A stretch of 64,000 nt of DNA from Candidatus Parcubacteria bacterium (GTDB lineage: Bacteria > Patescibacteriota > Minisyncoccia > Phycocordibacterales > CAIZLB01): assembly GCA_043760135.1 (NCBI GenBank), contig JAYUPL010000014.1:25347-89346 (forward strand), read 5' to 3'. Made by a program: the position numbers and the translations under genes. The notes under the pieces were generated by a model. It saw only the letters and a program-made list of their open reading frames with translations. It was not told where the DNA came from and made no database searches. Every line of letters begins with the position of its first letter. The stretch's first letter is position 1. Positions 38,801-47,860 of this stretch are shown piece by piece.

Positions 38801-39168
38801 TTCAAAATAATAATAATAAATCACTCGATGTACTAAAAACTGGAAAAATAAAGTTGCAAAATACAGGTCTGTTATTTAAAACTGAGGGTGTACCGGTTAC
38901 AGATTTACAAATCATCGTTGGTAATAATACAGAAAATGCTCCTGTGTATGACATAAAAAGCATTATAGGGTTTTTCGAAGAAATAACTCCACAAATCATT
39001 CAGTATTCTGATTTGGTTAAAAACCCAGAATATGTGCCTACAAAATCAATAATTCCTTTTGGTGAGAGGAATAAAATCCTATTAAATATAGGACTATTGT
39101 TATTTATTGCAATCGTTGGTATATTTGGGTTTTTCTGGATGAAGAAAGATATCACACATCATGAGTAA
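35899..39168 (+). CDS. DUF2339-like polytopic membrane protein fused to a DUF3999-like exported domain
   Basis: Many TMs ending in YRIITFVGFGILLLIVSYLY; then SDIRIID..NEIPY, NFNRNV, APVYDI and a terminal TM. Confidence 0.7.
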   Translation: MFTFIITVFIILYLFKINSRITDLENKFKNPNLNQNLAPVPAPVIPNMVAPVPQHEIQIPAPVVSHQDNFATNLAKFGIAILVLGVLFFLNYLDKQGLIGPVFKYVAGLSFGTVLLGVGEYLRSRSKAYVNILRGAAFVIFYLTLFIGYFVFKIVALPLTLGLIIAVLAVSIIISLRENDELPFTIGALGAYLVSFLVNLNFGGLSEENVIGILSYLCILNIAVLVVSFRKQWINGAVIGFIFTWCIFGSTLSADIGKGLLFAFSTIYGLQYMIVFLLQDFKKDKITHNTVFLTVMNTIVYLMVFYKLVDKTFWFDYVGFLVALLGIFHFMVYMMLRVVNKTSDGVITLTHFVISILLITVAIPLQFDGPLVTMIWFFEGVVLSFLSVLPDFKNKPIMYVLGFGSIIAGIAHMIMFGDYKTVLETGQILLNQSYIVWFGVFALINLVAYIWYNTVQDSQDVKFKTDIAKAAFALILVGQVLFVALTSFEINNYGRYRIDVVNKEINQQVQLDRKLSPDNYGYDTTKYETEYAEISSIAKQTTFMQIVLFILMTIIYFVIGLVKKNKVVRNMGIVTLVITSVLLVTLTWELGAVYRIITFVGFGILLLIVSYLYISKNKRMDMPQALMLLLMIGLFATTVDAKVIDIKNWTSVATLGHSQISVGSSTAINNQNLYVLPINKDVINLSKKNYLSDIRIIDKAHNEIPYILVKSNQNTQDLRENKTDVKILENGVSRDGKRMLVIDTTREGVLYNNLYLSRDFKSQNFRKKVKVYISDSFLTVNSTSWIEFEQRNVIYNYTDVNNFIVENLDINLAGVSSRYLKIELADDTEFDKNIKVNNQISIIGAQVEYLKTEDKNIGYKVKDYLGGNFIFDNVSIYKDVKVLDKTEKEDRSEIIYEGDIDVVELTIRVDESEKNFNRNVVIQGSNDDINWPTLGNTNVYRIDSPTYKGEKLNIIIPPSTYKKFKVIIQNNNNKSLDVLKTGKIKLQNTGLLFKTEGVPVTDLQIIVGNNTENAPVYDIKSIIGFFEEITPQIIQYSDLVKNPEYVPTKSIIPFGERNKILLNIGLLLFIAIVGIFGFFWMKKDITHHE

Positions 39169-40411
39169 CATAGACTACGACATAATCATAATAGGGGGCG
39201 GGGCATCAGGAATGATGGCCGCTTCTTCTGTTGGTAAGAATAAAAAGGTTTTATTGATAGAGAAGAATAACATCTTAGGAAAAAAACTTTTGATTACAGG
39301 TGGTGGACGCTGTAATCTAACAAATGAAGAATATGATTTACGAAAGCTTTTGAAAAATTATAAGAAGGCTGAGCAATTTTTATATTCTGCTTTCACTCAA
39401 TATGGGGTTAAGGATTCTTTAACATTTTTTAATACTCGAAGTATGCCAACTAAGGTAGAGAATGAAGGAAGGGTGTTTCCCGTATCTGATTCCGCACGTA
39501 GTGTTTATAATGTATTAGTTAAAGAAATTAAAAATAAAAATATAGAAGTACTTTCTGATGCTAAGGTGTTGGATGTTTTACATGACGCTAAACAAGTCAC
39601 CGGGGTAGAGGTTGAAGTAAATAAAAAGAAAATAATCTATACTGCAAAAAAATATGTACTTGCAACAGGTGGAACATCTCATCCAGAGACAGGGTCAACA
39701 GGAGATGCATATGATTGGTTAAAAAATATGGGACATACGGTTCACACACCAAAACCTTCACTCGTTCCAGTAAAGAGTAATGATGCCTGGCTTAAAAAGT
39801 TACAGGGTATTGTTTTACAAAACGTGAAGATACATATATTCGCTGACGGTGAAAAGAAGAATTCTAAAAAAGGTAGGATTTTATTTACTCATTTTGGAAT
39901 CTCCGGTCCAACTGTTTTAAATATGAGTAAGGAGATTAGTGATTATTTAAATCTAAACCAAAAAGTATATTTGAGTTTAGATTTATTGTCAGAATATGAT
40001 CATGGCACACTCAATAAAACATTGACTGATTTGTTTCAAAATAATTCCAAGAAGAAAATTTCAAATATTTTAGGTGAAGTGATTAACAAAAATTTGATTT
40101 CAATCATTTTACAAAATGGAAAGATAGATGAAAGTATAACAGGGAACGCTGTAACCAAAGAAATGAGAATGGTATTGATAGAAAATATTAAAGGTTTGAA
40201 AATAAATATTCACGGTTTGTTAGATGAAAGTGAGGCGGTGATCGCTGATGGTGGGGTGGATATAAAGGAAATAGATTTTAAAACAATGAAATCAAAGATT
40301 ATGGATAATCTTTGTATTATTGGAGATTTGTTAAATATTGATAGACCGTCAGGTGGGTATAGTTTGCAGCTGTGTTGGACGACAGGGTGTATTGCTGGGA
40401 GTGGTCAATAA
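39161..40411 (+). CDS. HI0933/BaiN family flavoprotein
   Basis: IGGGASGMMAA, GKKLLITGGGRCNLTN, LFTHFGISGP, GGYSLQ. Confidence 0.93.
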   Translation: MSNIDYDIIIIGGGASGMMAASSVGKNKKVLLIEKNNILGKKLLITGGGRCNLTNEEYDLRKLLKNYKKAEQFLYSAFTQYGVKDSLTFFNTRSMPTKVENEGRVFPVSDSARSVYNVLVKEIKNKNIEVLSDAKVLDVLHDAKQVTGVEVEVNKKKIIYTAKKYVLATGGTSHPETGSTGDAYDWLKNMGHTVHTPKPSLVPVKSNDAWLKKLQGIVLQNVKIHIFADGEKKNSKKGRILFTHFGISGPTVLNMSKEISDYLNLNQKVYLSLDLLSEYDHGTLNKTLTDLFQNNSKKKISNILGEVINKNLISIILQNGKIDESITGNAVTKEMRMVLIENIKGLKINIHGLLDESEAVIADGGVDIKEIDFKTMKSKIMDNLCIIGDLLNIDRPSGGYSLQLCWTTGCIAGSGQ

Positions 40412-40469
40412 AAAAATCCCGGAGTGCATACTGTGAGGTATGATCTGGGATTTTGGTGTGGTTGTGTTT

Positions 40470-40643
40470 TTAAATCGGAACATTAATCCTAATTTCACCT
40501 GTCTTGGTTTTTTGCTTTTTGCCTTTGATGTTTAGAATTGCTAGGGTTTTGTTGAAATGGTTTAATACCGATTGCGTAGGCTTTCTGGGTGGGGTGATTA
40601 TGAACTCGACAGTATTCTTGCGTAAAATGATTCTTGTTTTCAT
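40470..40643 (-). CDS. Possible small basic protein
   Basis: 57-aa ORF from ATG 40643 with an A/C-rich leader, followed by a hairpin at 40413-40453. Confidence 0.3.
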   Translation of the reverse strand: MKTRIILRKNTVEFIITPPRKPTQSVLNHFNKTLAILNIKGKKQKTKTGEIRINVPI

Positions 40644-40815
40644 TGGGGTTAGGGTTTGACCTATAAAAATTACCACAGAATATGATGCTTGTAAACCGAC
40701 ACTTAGGAATATTGTAATAAACCAATATGTATAAACGTATAATTTAGTATAAACTTATTCTTGTTGAGGTTCGTGTCCAGGGTATTAGTTTTTGTGGTAG
40801 AATATTTTTAAACCT

Positions 40816-41652
40816 ATGTTCAAAAAAATATTTAAATTTCTCCTCAAAATCATGATCACTCTTATTGTTGTACTTATAATCTTTTTCGTCTCAATAAACA
40901 TTTTCATAAAACCAACAAACGATCGAAATTGGAATGATGATCAAAAAATTTTACCGTCGGCTACTATAAAAGGAAATATTGTAGAAATAAAAAATATTAG
41001 AGATTTTCGCTATGCATCAACAACTTCGTACACACAATACTATTACGATAAAGAATATGATCTTAGTAAGATTAAAAGAGTGTGGTATATTGTAGAACCT
41101 TTTTCAGGAATACCTGGATCTGCACATACATTTTTAAGTTTTGAATTTGAAGATAATATTTTTATATCTGTCTCTGTTGAAATTAGAAAAGAAAAAGGAG
41201 AATCATTTCATCCGGTAAAAGGTTTGTTGAATCAATATGAAATAATGTATGTTTGGGCAGATGAAAAGGATGTTGTTGATCTACGTATTAATCATAGAAA
41301 GGATCAGGTGTTTTTGTATCCGATGAAGGCTGGTCCTGAGAAAACTAAAGAATTATTTTTGAGTATTATTGATAGAACGAATAAGCTATATACCGAGCCA
41401 GAATTTTACAATACACTATTCAATACTTGCACGACAAATATTGTGAAGCATGTGAATTTGATAAGTCCAAAAACAATACCGGCTATAGATACAAGTATTT
41501 TGTTTCCTGAAAATTCTGATTTGTTGGCCTACAATCTAGGGCTAATCGATACTGATTTACCTGTGGACCAAATAAGGGAAAAATTCAACATAAACAAGAA
41601 AGGGGAGATGTATAAAGGGTCTGATGATTTCTCGGTGAAAATTAGAGAGTAA
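40816..41652 (+). CDS. DUF4105 (Lnb N-terminal-like) protein
   Basis: AHTFLSFEF, SVEIRKE, YNTLFNTCTT. Confidence 0.85.
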   Translation: MFKKIFKFLLKIMITLIVVLIIFFVSINIFIKPTNDRNWNDDQKILPSATIKGNIVEIKNIRDFRYASTTSYTQYYYDKEYDLSKIKRVWYIVEPFSGIPGSAHTFLSFEFEDNIFISVSVEIRKEKGESFHPVKGLLNQYEIMYVWADEKDVVDLRINHRKDQVFLYPMKAGPEKTKELFLSIIDRTNKLYTEPEFYNTLFNTCTTNIVKHVNLISPKTIPAIDTSILFPENSDLLAYNLGLIDTDLPVDQIREKFNINKKGEMYKGSDDFSVKIRE

Positions 41653-41669
41653 GATGTTATGATGTTTGT

Positions 41670-42254
41670 ATGGACATGCAAACAATAAAAATAATGATAT
41701 ATGTGGTTATTGGCGGTGCAATATTATTTACATTATTTAGAAAACTCGGCTCAATTAAAAGAAAATGTGCAGTGTGTGAAGCAGAAACTTCAGATTCCTA
41801 TGTAGATTCTTCAGGAAAAATGTTTAATTTATGTAGAACCCATTTAACTGACAGGTGGAAAACTGATGTGGTATCATCAAGTAATACAATGGTTGTAATA
41901 GAACCTGATCTCGAGGATAAAAATCATGCCAGGGGGTACATGTATGCTGACATTGCTCAACTAGGTTTATGGCAATATGGAAAACCTGCCCAGGAGAATA
42001 TATCTAAATATTTAGATCTTATAAAGGATAAATCCTGTGAAAAATGCGGTAATGCAGCCAGTGTGGCTTACCTTAAGAAAGAAGATTATGAGATACCTGT
42101 AATGGAAAAAATATCAGCTACTCCACAATATCTTTGTAAAAATTGTATGATAAAAAAAGTTGCGCCAATGATTGTTGGCTCACAGCACAGTTTTTATGAA
42201 GGGGTGTATGCACCTACGTCAGAGAATGGTGTTTATCATTCACAGGAGTTTTAA
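41670..42254 (+). CDS. Membrane-anchored Cys-rich (Zn-binding) hypothetical protein
   Basis: N-terminal TM; CAVC, C..H, CEKC, CKNC. Confidence 0.65.
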   Translation: MDMQTIKIMIYVVIGGAILFTLFRKLGSIKRKCAVCEAETSDSYVDSSGKMFNLCRTHLTDRWKTDVVSSSNTMVVIEPDLEDKNHARGYMYADIAQLGLWQYGKPAQENISKYLDLIKDKSCEKCGNAASVAYLKKEDYEIPVMEKISATPQYLCKNCMIKKVAPMIVGSQHSFYEGVYAPTSENGVYHSQEF

Positions 42255-42699
42255 AATCTATACAAAATAAAATCCCACTTAAGGATTTTTTATTTTTAAT
42301 AGTCATGCGGTTTAACTATACATCTTCCGAAGGCTATTTTTATTTCGATCATAAGTCGATGCTTTTTGCCTCATTGATGTCTTCGTTAAACATTCGATTG
42401 TGTTTCCTGGTCAACTACGCCGAGGGGGATGGTATTGGATCTGTCCTTTATCCAAATTATTGTATCTGTATATATACTTATTTAACAAATTCATATATCT
42501 ACGTTATTGTTATAGTAATAATTAACAAATAATTTTTTCGATACTACAACATACTTATATATACGTAAGATGAAGTGCTATTTATTACAATAAATAGTAA
42601 AAGATGACTCGTCCTTTAGTTTAAGTTTAAAAATAAAGGTTTTGTAAGTTTTAAAAGACATAAACATATTTTAAAGACAGGTTGATTGGGGTTTGTTTA

Positions 42700-42844
42700 C
42701 TATTTCTTTCTGTTGAGAAGAAAGGGAGAAAGGAAAATTATCCCGAAAATTATATACAGCAAAGGTTTAGATTCTTGTCCTGACCGGGCAAAGACAGCGC
42801 CTAAAAAGGATAAATATAAACCATTCTTCCCAGGTGTCTTTCAT
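42700..42844 (-). pseudogene. Frameshifted small two-TM gene (or 25-aa peptide)
   Basis: TG-C-TACAAT 6 nt before ATG 42844; removing one T from a T5 run gives a 47-aa two-TM protein. Confidence 0.35.
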
Positions 42845-42862
42845 AGCGGTATTGTAGCATTT

Positions 42863-43360
42863 TTACCTAAACTCAGGACTTATATAACTATAAGACAAAT
42901 TGTTGTATTCATCAGTTGGATACACACAGACACCCTGGTCGTGCCATAAGACAAATTCTTTAACTCCAGTATCAGGTGCAAAGCGGCTACATACAGTGCA
43001 AAGTGGTTCTCCTGATTTTGTTATATTATTTTCTTTATCAACTCTTGTAAAATATAAGGTTGAACCGTTTATCTTGTCTGGATTTCTTTTTGTGGCATCA
43101 AGTATTGCTCTCCATTCAGCATGCATGCAGCAAGTTTGATCATATCCAGGTTTTCCTTGTGTATTTTTTTCTTTGAGACAGTAGTTATGGTCCATGTTAT
43201 CGAGTGGGGGACCATTGTATCCTTCACCGATTATGTTCCCATCTTTGACTATGATACTTCCACACTTTGCTTTAAGACACAGAGCTTTTTGTGCAACTTT
43301 GGCTGCTTCATGCATCCAGTTGATTGCATTGGTTTCTTCTTGGTTTTGGAAGTATTTCAT
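42863..43360 (-). CDS. Cytidine/dCMP deaminase family protein
   Basis: GYNGPP, HAE, PLCTVC. Confidence 0.88.
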   Translation of the reverse strand: MKYFQNQEETNAINWMHEAAKVAQKALCLKAKCGSIIVKDGNIIGEGYNGPPLDNMDHNYCLKEKNTQGKPGYDQTCCMHAEWRAILDATKRNPDKINGSTLYFTRVDKENNITKSGEPLCTVCSRFAPDTGVKEFVLWHDQGVCVYPTDEYNNLSYSYISPEFR

Positions 43361-43436
43361 ATTTTGATTTTAGCATAAAAATAAAACAGGTTAGAGAGTT
43401 GGAGGCTCTCTAACCTGAGTGAAGTGTTGGCAGCTG

Positions 43437-43937
43437 CTATTTTCCGATCAACTCATCAACAGCTACTTGGATTTTTTTGGTGATATAGATTGAAACGTTA
43501 GGATCACCATCGTTAGCATGTCCAGGACCTGGTAGGTTGAGGAATTTTTCGTAGCGCAGGTATCTTCCTTGATATGCCACCTCTCCACCGCACCGGTTGA
43601 TAATAGGTTGTCCGTATTCCGGATCATACACATCAGAAAATCCGAAGGCGGTCAGCAAATCTTCCAAAGAAAGCCAGATGGTTCCACTGCTGAAGGATTG
43701 GGTAGAATGATTGATTTTATAAGTTAAAAGCCAACCATCAGGTTCTCGGGCAAGTCCGGTGAGATCCTTTGTGATGGCGATTTCCACCGCACTTGAACCA
43801 AGGAGTAGTGTTTTCCGTACTGAGTTGGCGTCGTTGAACCCAATCCAATCGATTTTTGAGCCGTGGTGATGGAACCAGTCGGGAATACCCAACCCTCTTT
43901 GGAAGATCGGTTTAATTATTGGTGTTGTTTGTTTCAT
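43437..43937 (-). CDS. Hypothetical protein
   Basis: ORF of visibly higher GC followed by a hairpin at 43387-43417. Confidence 0.55.
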   Translation of the reverse strand: MKQTTPIIKPIFQRGLGIPDWFHHHGSKIDWIGFNDANSVRKTLLLGSSAVEIAITKDLTGLAREPDGWLLTYKINHSTQSFSSGTIWLSLEDLLTAFGFSDVYDPEYGQPIINRCGGEVAYQGRYLRYEKFLNLPGPGHANDGDPNVSIYITKKIQVAVDELIGK

Positions 43938-44103
43938 CAGTGTATCTTGTTGAAGTTTCTGTCTTTTGTACAATATATGAAAATTTGGTAGGTGTAAATA
44001 GGGATGATTGGGTCCTTATATTATGACCTTTGTGGTTACAGGACCAGTATATCTTTCGAATCTCACCCGCAAGCCGAACTGTCGGCTTGCTCTCCATCTA
44101 ATG

Positions 44104-44137
44104 AAAAACAGATGTCTTTAAAAGACATCTGTTTTTC
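44104..44137 (-). terminator. Terminator after tRNA-Ser
   Basis: GAAAAACAGATGTCTT/AAGACATCTGTTTTTC. Confidence 0.75.
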
Positions 44138-44141
44138 CTAG

Positions 44142-44228
44142 CGGAGGAGGTGAGATTCGAACTCACGGGACCCGTTAGAGCCCTCTTGTTTTCAAGACAA
44201 GCGCATTCGACCTCTCTGCCACTCCTCC
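44142..44228 (-). tRNA. tRNA-Ser(TGA)
   Basis: GGAGGAG acceptor, CTTGT-CTTGAAA-ACAAG anticodon arm, long variable arm, GTGAG-TTCGAAT-CTCAC. Confidence 0.95.
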
Positions 44229-44272
44229 AAGTGTGTACGTCGATATACCTTTATGATATTATCAGATTATCT

Positions 44273-44722
44273 ATGAAATATCTAGGGCTAGACTATGGTC
44301 AAAAAAAGATTGGTATTGCGATAAGTGATGATAGGGCATCACTGGCTTTTCCAAGGGATATCATCATTAATGATATAAAGCATATAGAGTACATCCAACA
44401 TCTCTGTGATCAGGAGGAAATCAAGGATATTGTTATTGGGAAATCAGTCGATTATGACAAAAGGGATAATTCTGTTGAAAAACATATAACAGCATTTATC
44501 AAAATTTTAAATGCAGATAAAAAATACATTATTCACCGCATTGATGAGCGTATGACCACCTCTCTCGTAAATGCAGAAACTCGATTTCATTTTCAAAAAA
44601 AACAAACTTCAAAGACATTTTCCAAAAATGCTAAAACAGTTCGCGAAAGTACAAAAAATGATGACTCTAAAGTTGCTGCATTGATTCTTCAAAATTTTCT
44701 CGATTCGAAGTCGAAAGTGTAG
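44273..44722 (+). CDS. yqgF: YqgF/RuvX family nuclease
   Basis: MKYLGLDYGQKKIGIAISD, DERMTT, AALILQNFLD. Confidence 0.92.
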   Translation: MKYLGLDYGQKKIGIAISDDRASLAFPRDIIINDIKHIEYIQHLCDQEEIKDIVIGKSVDYDKRDNSVEKHITAFIKILNADKKYIIHRIDERMTTSLVNAETRFHFQKKQTSKTFSKNAKTVRESTKNDDSKVAALILQNFLDSKSKV

Positions 44723-44734
44723 TATAATCACTAC

Positions 44735-45058
44735 ATGATTACATTTGACGAATTTAAAAAACTTGAAATGAAGGTGGGACAGATATTGTCAGCTACGCCA
44801 GTAGAAGGATCTGAAAAACTATTAAAGCTAGAAGTTGATTTTGGAGAGGATAAAACCAGAACAGTGGTGTCTGGTATAGCGGGACATGTTGAATTGGAAA
44901 ATTTTATTGGTAGTCAAAAAGTTTTTGTTACAAACTTAGAGCCAAGAGCTATTATGGGCATAGAAAGTCAGGCTATGATTTTGGCAGGGAAGGATGGGCA
45001 AGGTTTGGCCCTGATAGAACCAACGAGAGATTTACCAATTGGCACATTACTATCATAA
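44735..45058 (+). CDS. Stand-alone tRNA-binding OB domain (MetRS C-terminal/Trbp111-like)
   Basis: ITFDEFKKLEMKVG, KLLKLEVD, NLEPR..MGIESQAMIL. Confidence 0.88.
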   Translation: MITFDEFKKLEMKVGQILSATPVEGSEKLLKLEVDFGEDKTRTVVSGIAGHVELENFIGSQKVFVTNLEPRAIMGIESQAMILAGKDGQGLALIEPTRDLPIGTLLS

Positions 45059-45067
45059 TATCATTAT

Positions 45068-46072
45068 ATGAGTACTTTTTTTGATAAATTAAAAAAACAC
45101 CTTCCTGTTCCAAAAATGATTAGATTTGATCATGCTGGGATTGATATTGGTATTGATCATATTAGGCATATAAACTTTAAAAGTAAAAATGGAAAGTTGT
45201 CGGTTGATAAATATGGGGTAGAGACTTTAACTAAATCAGTAGATAAAAAAAGTTTATTATCAGAAAATGTTGGTGTTATTTTATCCCTAAAAAAAATTCA
45301 AAAAGAATTCAAATGCAAATATGTCGAAGTTTCTTTGCCTGAAGAGTTGGCGTATATCTATACTCAAGAAGTGGATGATGGTGAGGTTTCTGTAATCAAA
45401 GGACAGATAGAATTTAAAATTGAAGAAAATGTTCCACTAAAGGCTGACGAAGCTATATTTGATTTTGTAACTGTTTTAACATTAAAAAATAATAGAAAAT
45501 TAATATCAGTTTCAGTTGTTTCCAAAAAAGTCATAGAGGATTATACAGACACTTTTCAAAAATGTAACATGAAAGTTGTTTCATTTTTAATACAAAACCA
45601 AGCCTTGAGTAAATCCTTAATACAAACAAATGACAAAAACGCATATTGTATTGTGGCGATAGAAAAAAAATATATTGTTGTATCTATTGTTTCTTCTGGA
45701 ATTGTTTTATATACCTCTACTATTAACAAAACATTATTTGATGATAATCTAAATCTTGAAAGAAAGGAAATCCTAGAAGAGGTGATAAAAGATATATATA
45801 GAATAATTGTATTCTGGCTTTCCTATATAGAAAATAATGATACGTACGGATTAGAGAAGATAAAATCTATTATTGTTAGTTCCACACACTCTAATATAAT
45901 AGAGTCAGAGTTTATAAATATGATGATTAATAAACTGGCAATACAGATTGATAAGCCAAATGTATGGACAAATGCCTTTGATTTAAATAGGCAGATTCCG
46001 CCAATTAATAAAATTGATTCGTATCAATATGCTACAGCAATTGGCTTGGCATTACCAAGATTACTAAAATAA
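45068..46072 (+). CDS. pilM: Type IV pilus assembly protein PilM-like
   Basis: GIDIG, actin-like fold layout, C-terminal YATAIGLAL. Confidence 0.82.
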   Translation: MSTFFDKLKKHLPVPKMIRFDHAGIDIGIDHIRHINFKSKNGKLSVDKYGVETLTKSVDKKSLLSENVGVILSLKKIQKEFKCKYVEVSLPEELAYIYTQEVDDGEVSVIKGQIEFKIEENVPLKADEAIFDFVTVLTLKNNRKLISVSVVSKKVIEDYTDTFQKCNMKVVSFLIQNQALSKSLIQTNDKNAYCIVAIEKKYIVVSIVSSGIVLYTSTINKTLFDDNLNLERKEILEEVIKDIYRIIVFWLSYIENNDTYGLEKIKSIIVSSTHSNIIESEFINMMINKLAIQIDKPNVWTNAFDLNRQIPPINKIDSYQYATAIGLALPRLLK

Positions 46073-46077
46073 AAAAT

Positions 46078-46605
46078 ATGCTCTTCTTAATTACAAAAAA
46101 ACAAAAAGATAAAATACTTGACGAATATCACGGAAATCTAATATATATCTTTACTATAAGTTTGGTTGTTTTATTTGTAATATTTTTGATTTCACTTTTT
46201 CCATCTTATTTAACAATGAGAGTGGATAGACAAATACTTACAGATAAAATAGCTCCTCTGCAACTTCGGATAGATTATTATAAAGCAGAAAGTGAAAAGA
46301 ATAATACGGCAGGTATAAATGATGATATATCTATCCTAAGTTTAAATCCTAAAAAAGATACTGTTGCTATCTACAAAGAAATAAAAAATATTTATCAAGA
46401 GATTCCAAATCTTCAGATTACAAGTATAAGTGTAGATAGTTTGTCTAAAAAAGTTACCGTAATAGCAAATATTGATAATAAAAATACAGCCAACTTGCTG
46501 GTTGATAAATTAAATTCTACACGGTATAAAGGTGCTGATCTGCCATACTCAGTATTTAGTGAAAGTAAAAATTTTACATTTAGTCAAACATTAACTTATG
46601 AATAA
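46078..46605 (+). CDS. PilN-like protein
   Basis: Single N-terminal TM; directly follows pilM. Confidence 0.55.
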   Translation: MLFLITKKQKDKILDEYHGNLIYIFTISLVVLFVIFLISLFPSYLTMRVDRQILTDKIAPLQLRIDYYKAESEKNNTAGINDDISILSLNPKKDTVAIYKEIKNIYQEIPNLQITSISVDSLSKKVTVIANIDNKNTANLLVDKLNSTRYKGADLPYSVFSESKNFTFSQTLTYE

Positions 46606-47170
46606 AATCAATTTAAATTTTAATAAAAAAGCTATAAGTATTATCATATTGGTAATAGTTATTTCGGTGTTTGTATATCCTGTGTACTTTGTAAATAGTA
46701 AAATTAGAAATTATAAGACAGAGGTGTTGGGGGATTATACAAAATTGGCTGAATTACAAAGTGAGAAAAATGTGCTTGATATGTACAATAAGATTTTACT
46801 AAAAGGATCTAAGGAATCGATACAGATTAAAAAACATATTTTATCGAGTAATAGAAAAGAGGTGTTGGGTTTGATAAATGAATTGGAGAATTATACAAAA
46901 AAAGTAGGATTAACGGAAAACGGTATATCACCAATACAGTCTGTTGCTACACGTGAAAATGCGGCATTAACAAAATATAAGGCTGCAGATTTGGTTATTG
47001 ATATGAAAGTTGTGGGTAGTGAAAAGAATATTGATAATTTTATAAATTTAATAAACAATATGCCGATGATTTCGTATATAGAAAAAGTGGACATTCGATT
47101 CGATGCTGTGAGTGGTAAAAATAATGCTACTATAATATTAGTAATGTATCAAAAAAATGAAGTTAAATAA
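46598..47170 (+). CDS. PilO-like protein
   Basis: TM plus coiled coil, VGSEKNIDNFINLINNMP motif, synteny. Confidence 0.65.
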   Translation: MNKINLNFNKKAISIIILVIVISVFVYPVYFVNSKIRNYKTEVLGDYTKLAELQSEKNVLDMYNKILLKGSKESIQIKKHILSSNRKEVLGLINELENYTKKVGLTENGISPIQSVATRENAALTKYKAADLVIDMKVVGSEKNIDNFINLINNMPMISYIEKVDIRFDAVSGKNNATIILVMYQKNEVK

Positions 47171-47534
47171 TAGTAAAAAACACAAAAAACAATTTAATCC
47201 AATATATCATTGGTACCTTCTACTTCTTGCTTTTTTTGTACTGACTTTGATTGTTATTTTATATAGTGTTTATAGTTTTTTCTACATTAAAAATGAAATA
47301 GTGTTGATCGACCTTGAGGCTCAAAATAGTGCCGAAAACTCAACTTCTACCGAGGTTTTGGAGAAATCCCGCACTAATTCTAAGTTTTTGAAAGATATTA
47401 ATAATCTAAACAAAACTTTGGAAGAATTTGATAAAAAGGAAATAGAGTACAACAGGCTTATTAAAACAGCTACAGTGACTACTGTTTTGGCTACAACTAC
47501 AGCGTCTACTACGGTTGCAACTTCAACGAACTAA
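47157..47534 (+). CDS. Hypothetical membrane protein closing the pilMNO cluster
   Basis: Single TM, Thr-rich tail, overlaps the upstream gene. Confidence 0.6.
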   Translation: MKLNNSKKHKKQFNPIYHWYLLLLAFFVLTLIVILYSVYSFFYIKNEIVLIDLEAQNSAENSTSTEVLEKSRTNSKFLKDINNLNKTLEEFDKKEIEYNRLIKTATVTTVLATTTASTTVATSTN

Positions 47535-47552
47535 TGTTATATATTATATACT

Positions 47553-47627
47553 GCTCTTGTAGTTCAATGGATAGAACTGCGGACTTCTAAGCCGTTAATG
47601 TTGGTTCGATTCCAACCGAGAGCACCA
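47553..47627 (+). tRNA. tRNA-Arg(TCT), CCA encoded
   Basis: GCTCTTG acceptor, CTTCTAA anticodon loop, GTTGG-TTCGATT-CCAAC, ACCA end. Confidence 0.94.
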
Positions 47628-47670
47628 CAGGCACTTCTATTTTGCCAAGGCAAAATATGTCGCACAAAAA
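47626..47670 (+). repeat. Palindromic repeat, family B, after tRNA-Arg(TCT)
   Basis: GCACTTCTATTTTGCCAAGGCAAAATATGTCGCACAAAAA. Confidence 0.75.
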
Positions 47671-47860
47671 AATATTCGCTCATGCGAAAAAGACCGGAAT
47701 AATCCCATCTCCTAGTGAGATGGGATTTTCCTCTGACTCAGACCTACTGGTCTTCTGTAAAGCCTTTTTCTTCTTCACTCGTGTTTAGTTAAGTGATAAA
47801 AACTTTTTGTGAATAAATGATTCTCCCTCTGTAATAAAAATGCTACAATACACGTATATT

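Noticed and set aside
42305-42690. ORF 42305-42532 or an ncRNA in the AT-rich gap
   Set aside because: No convincing start signals, motifs or stable fold that I can support
42863-43360. Second deaminase as TadA
   Set aside because: Has the dCMP-deaminase-type GYNG and Cys pattern and lacks the TadA EVPVGA and TLEPC motifs
44150-44272. N-terminal extension of the YqgF ORF
   Set aside because: Overlaps tRNA-Ser; the family begins at MKYLGLD (44273)
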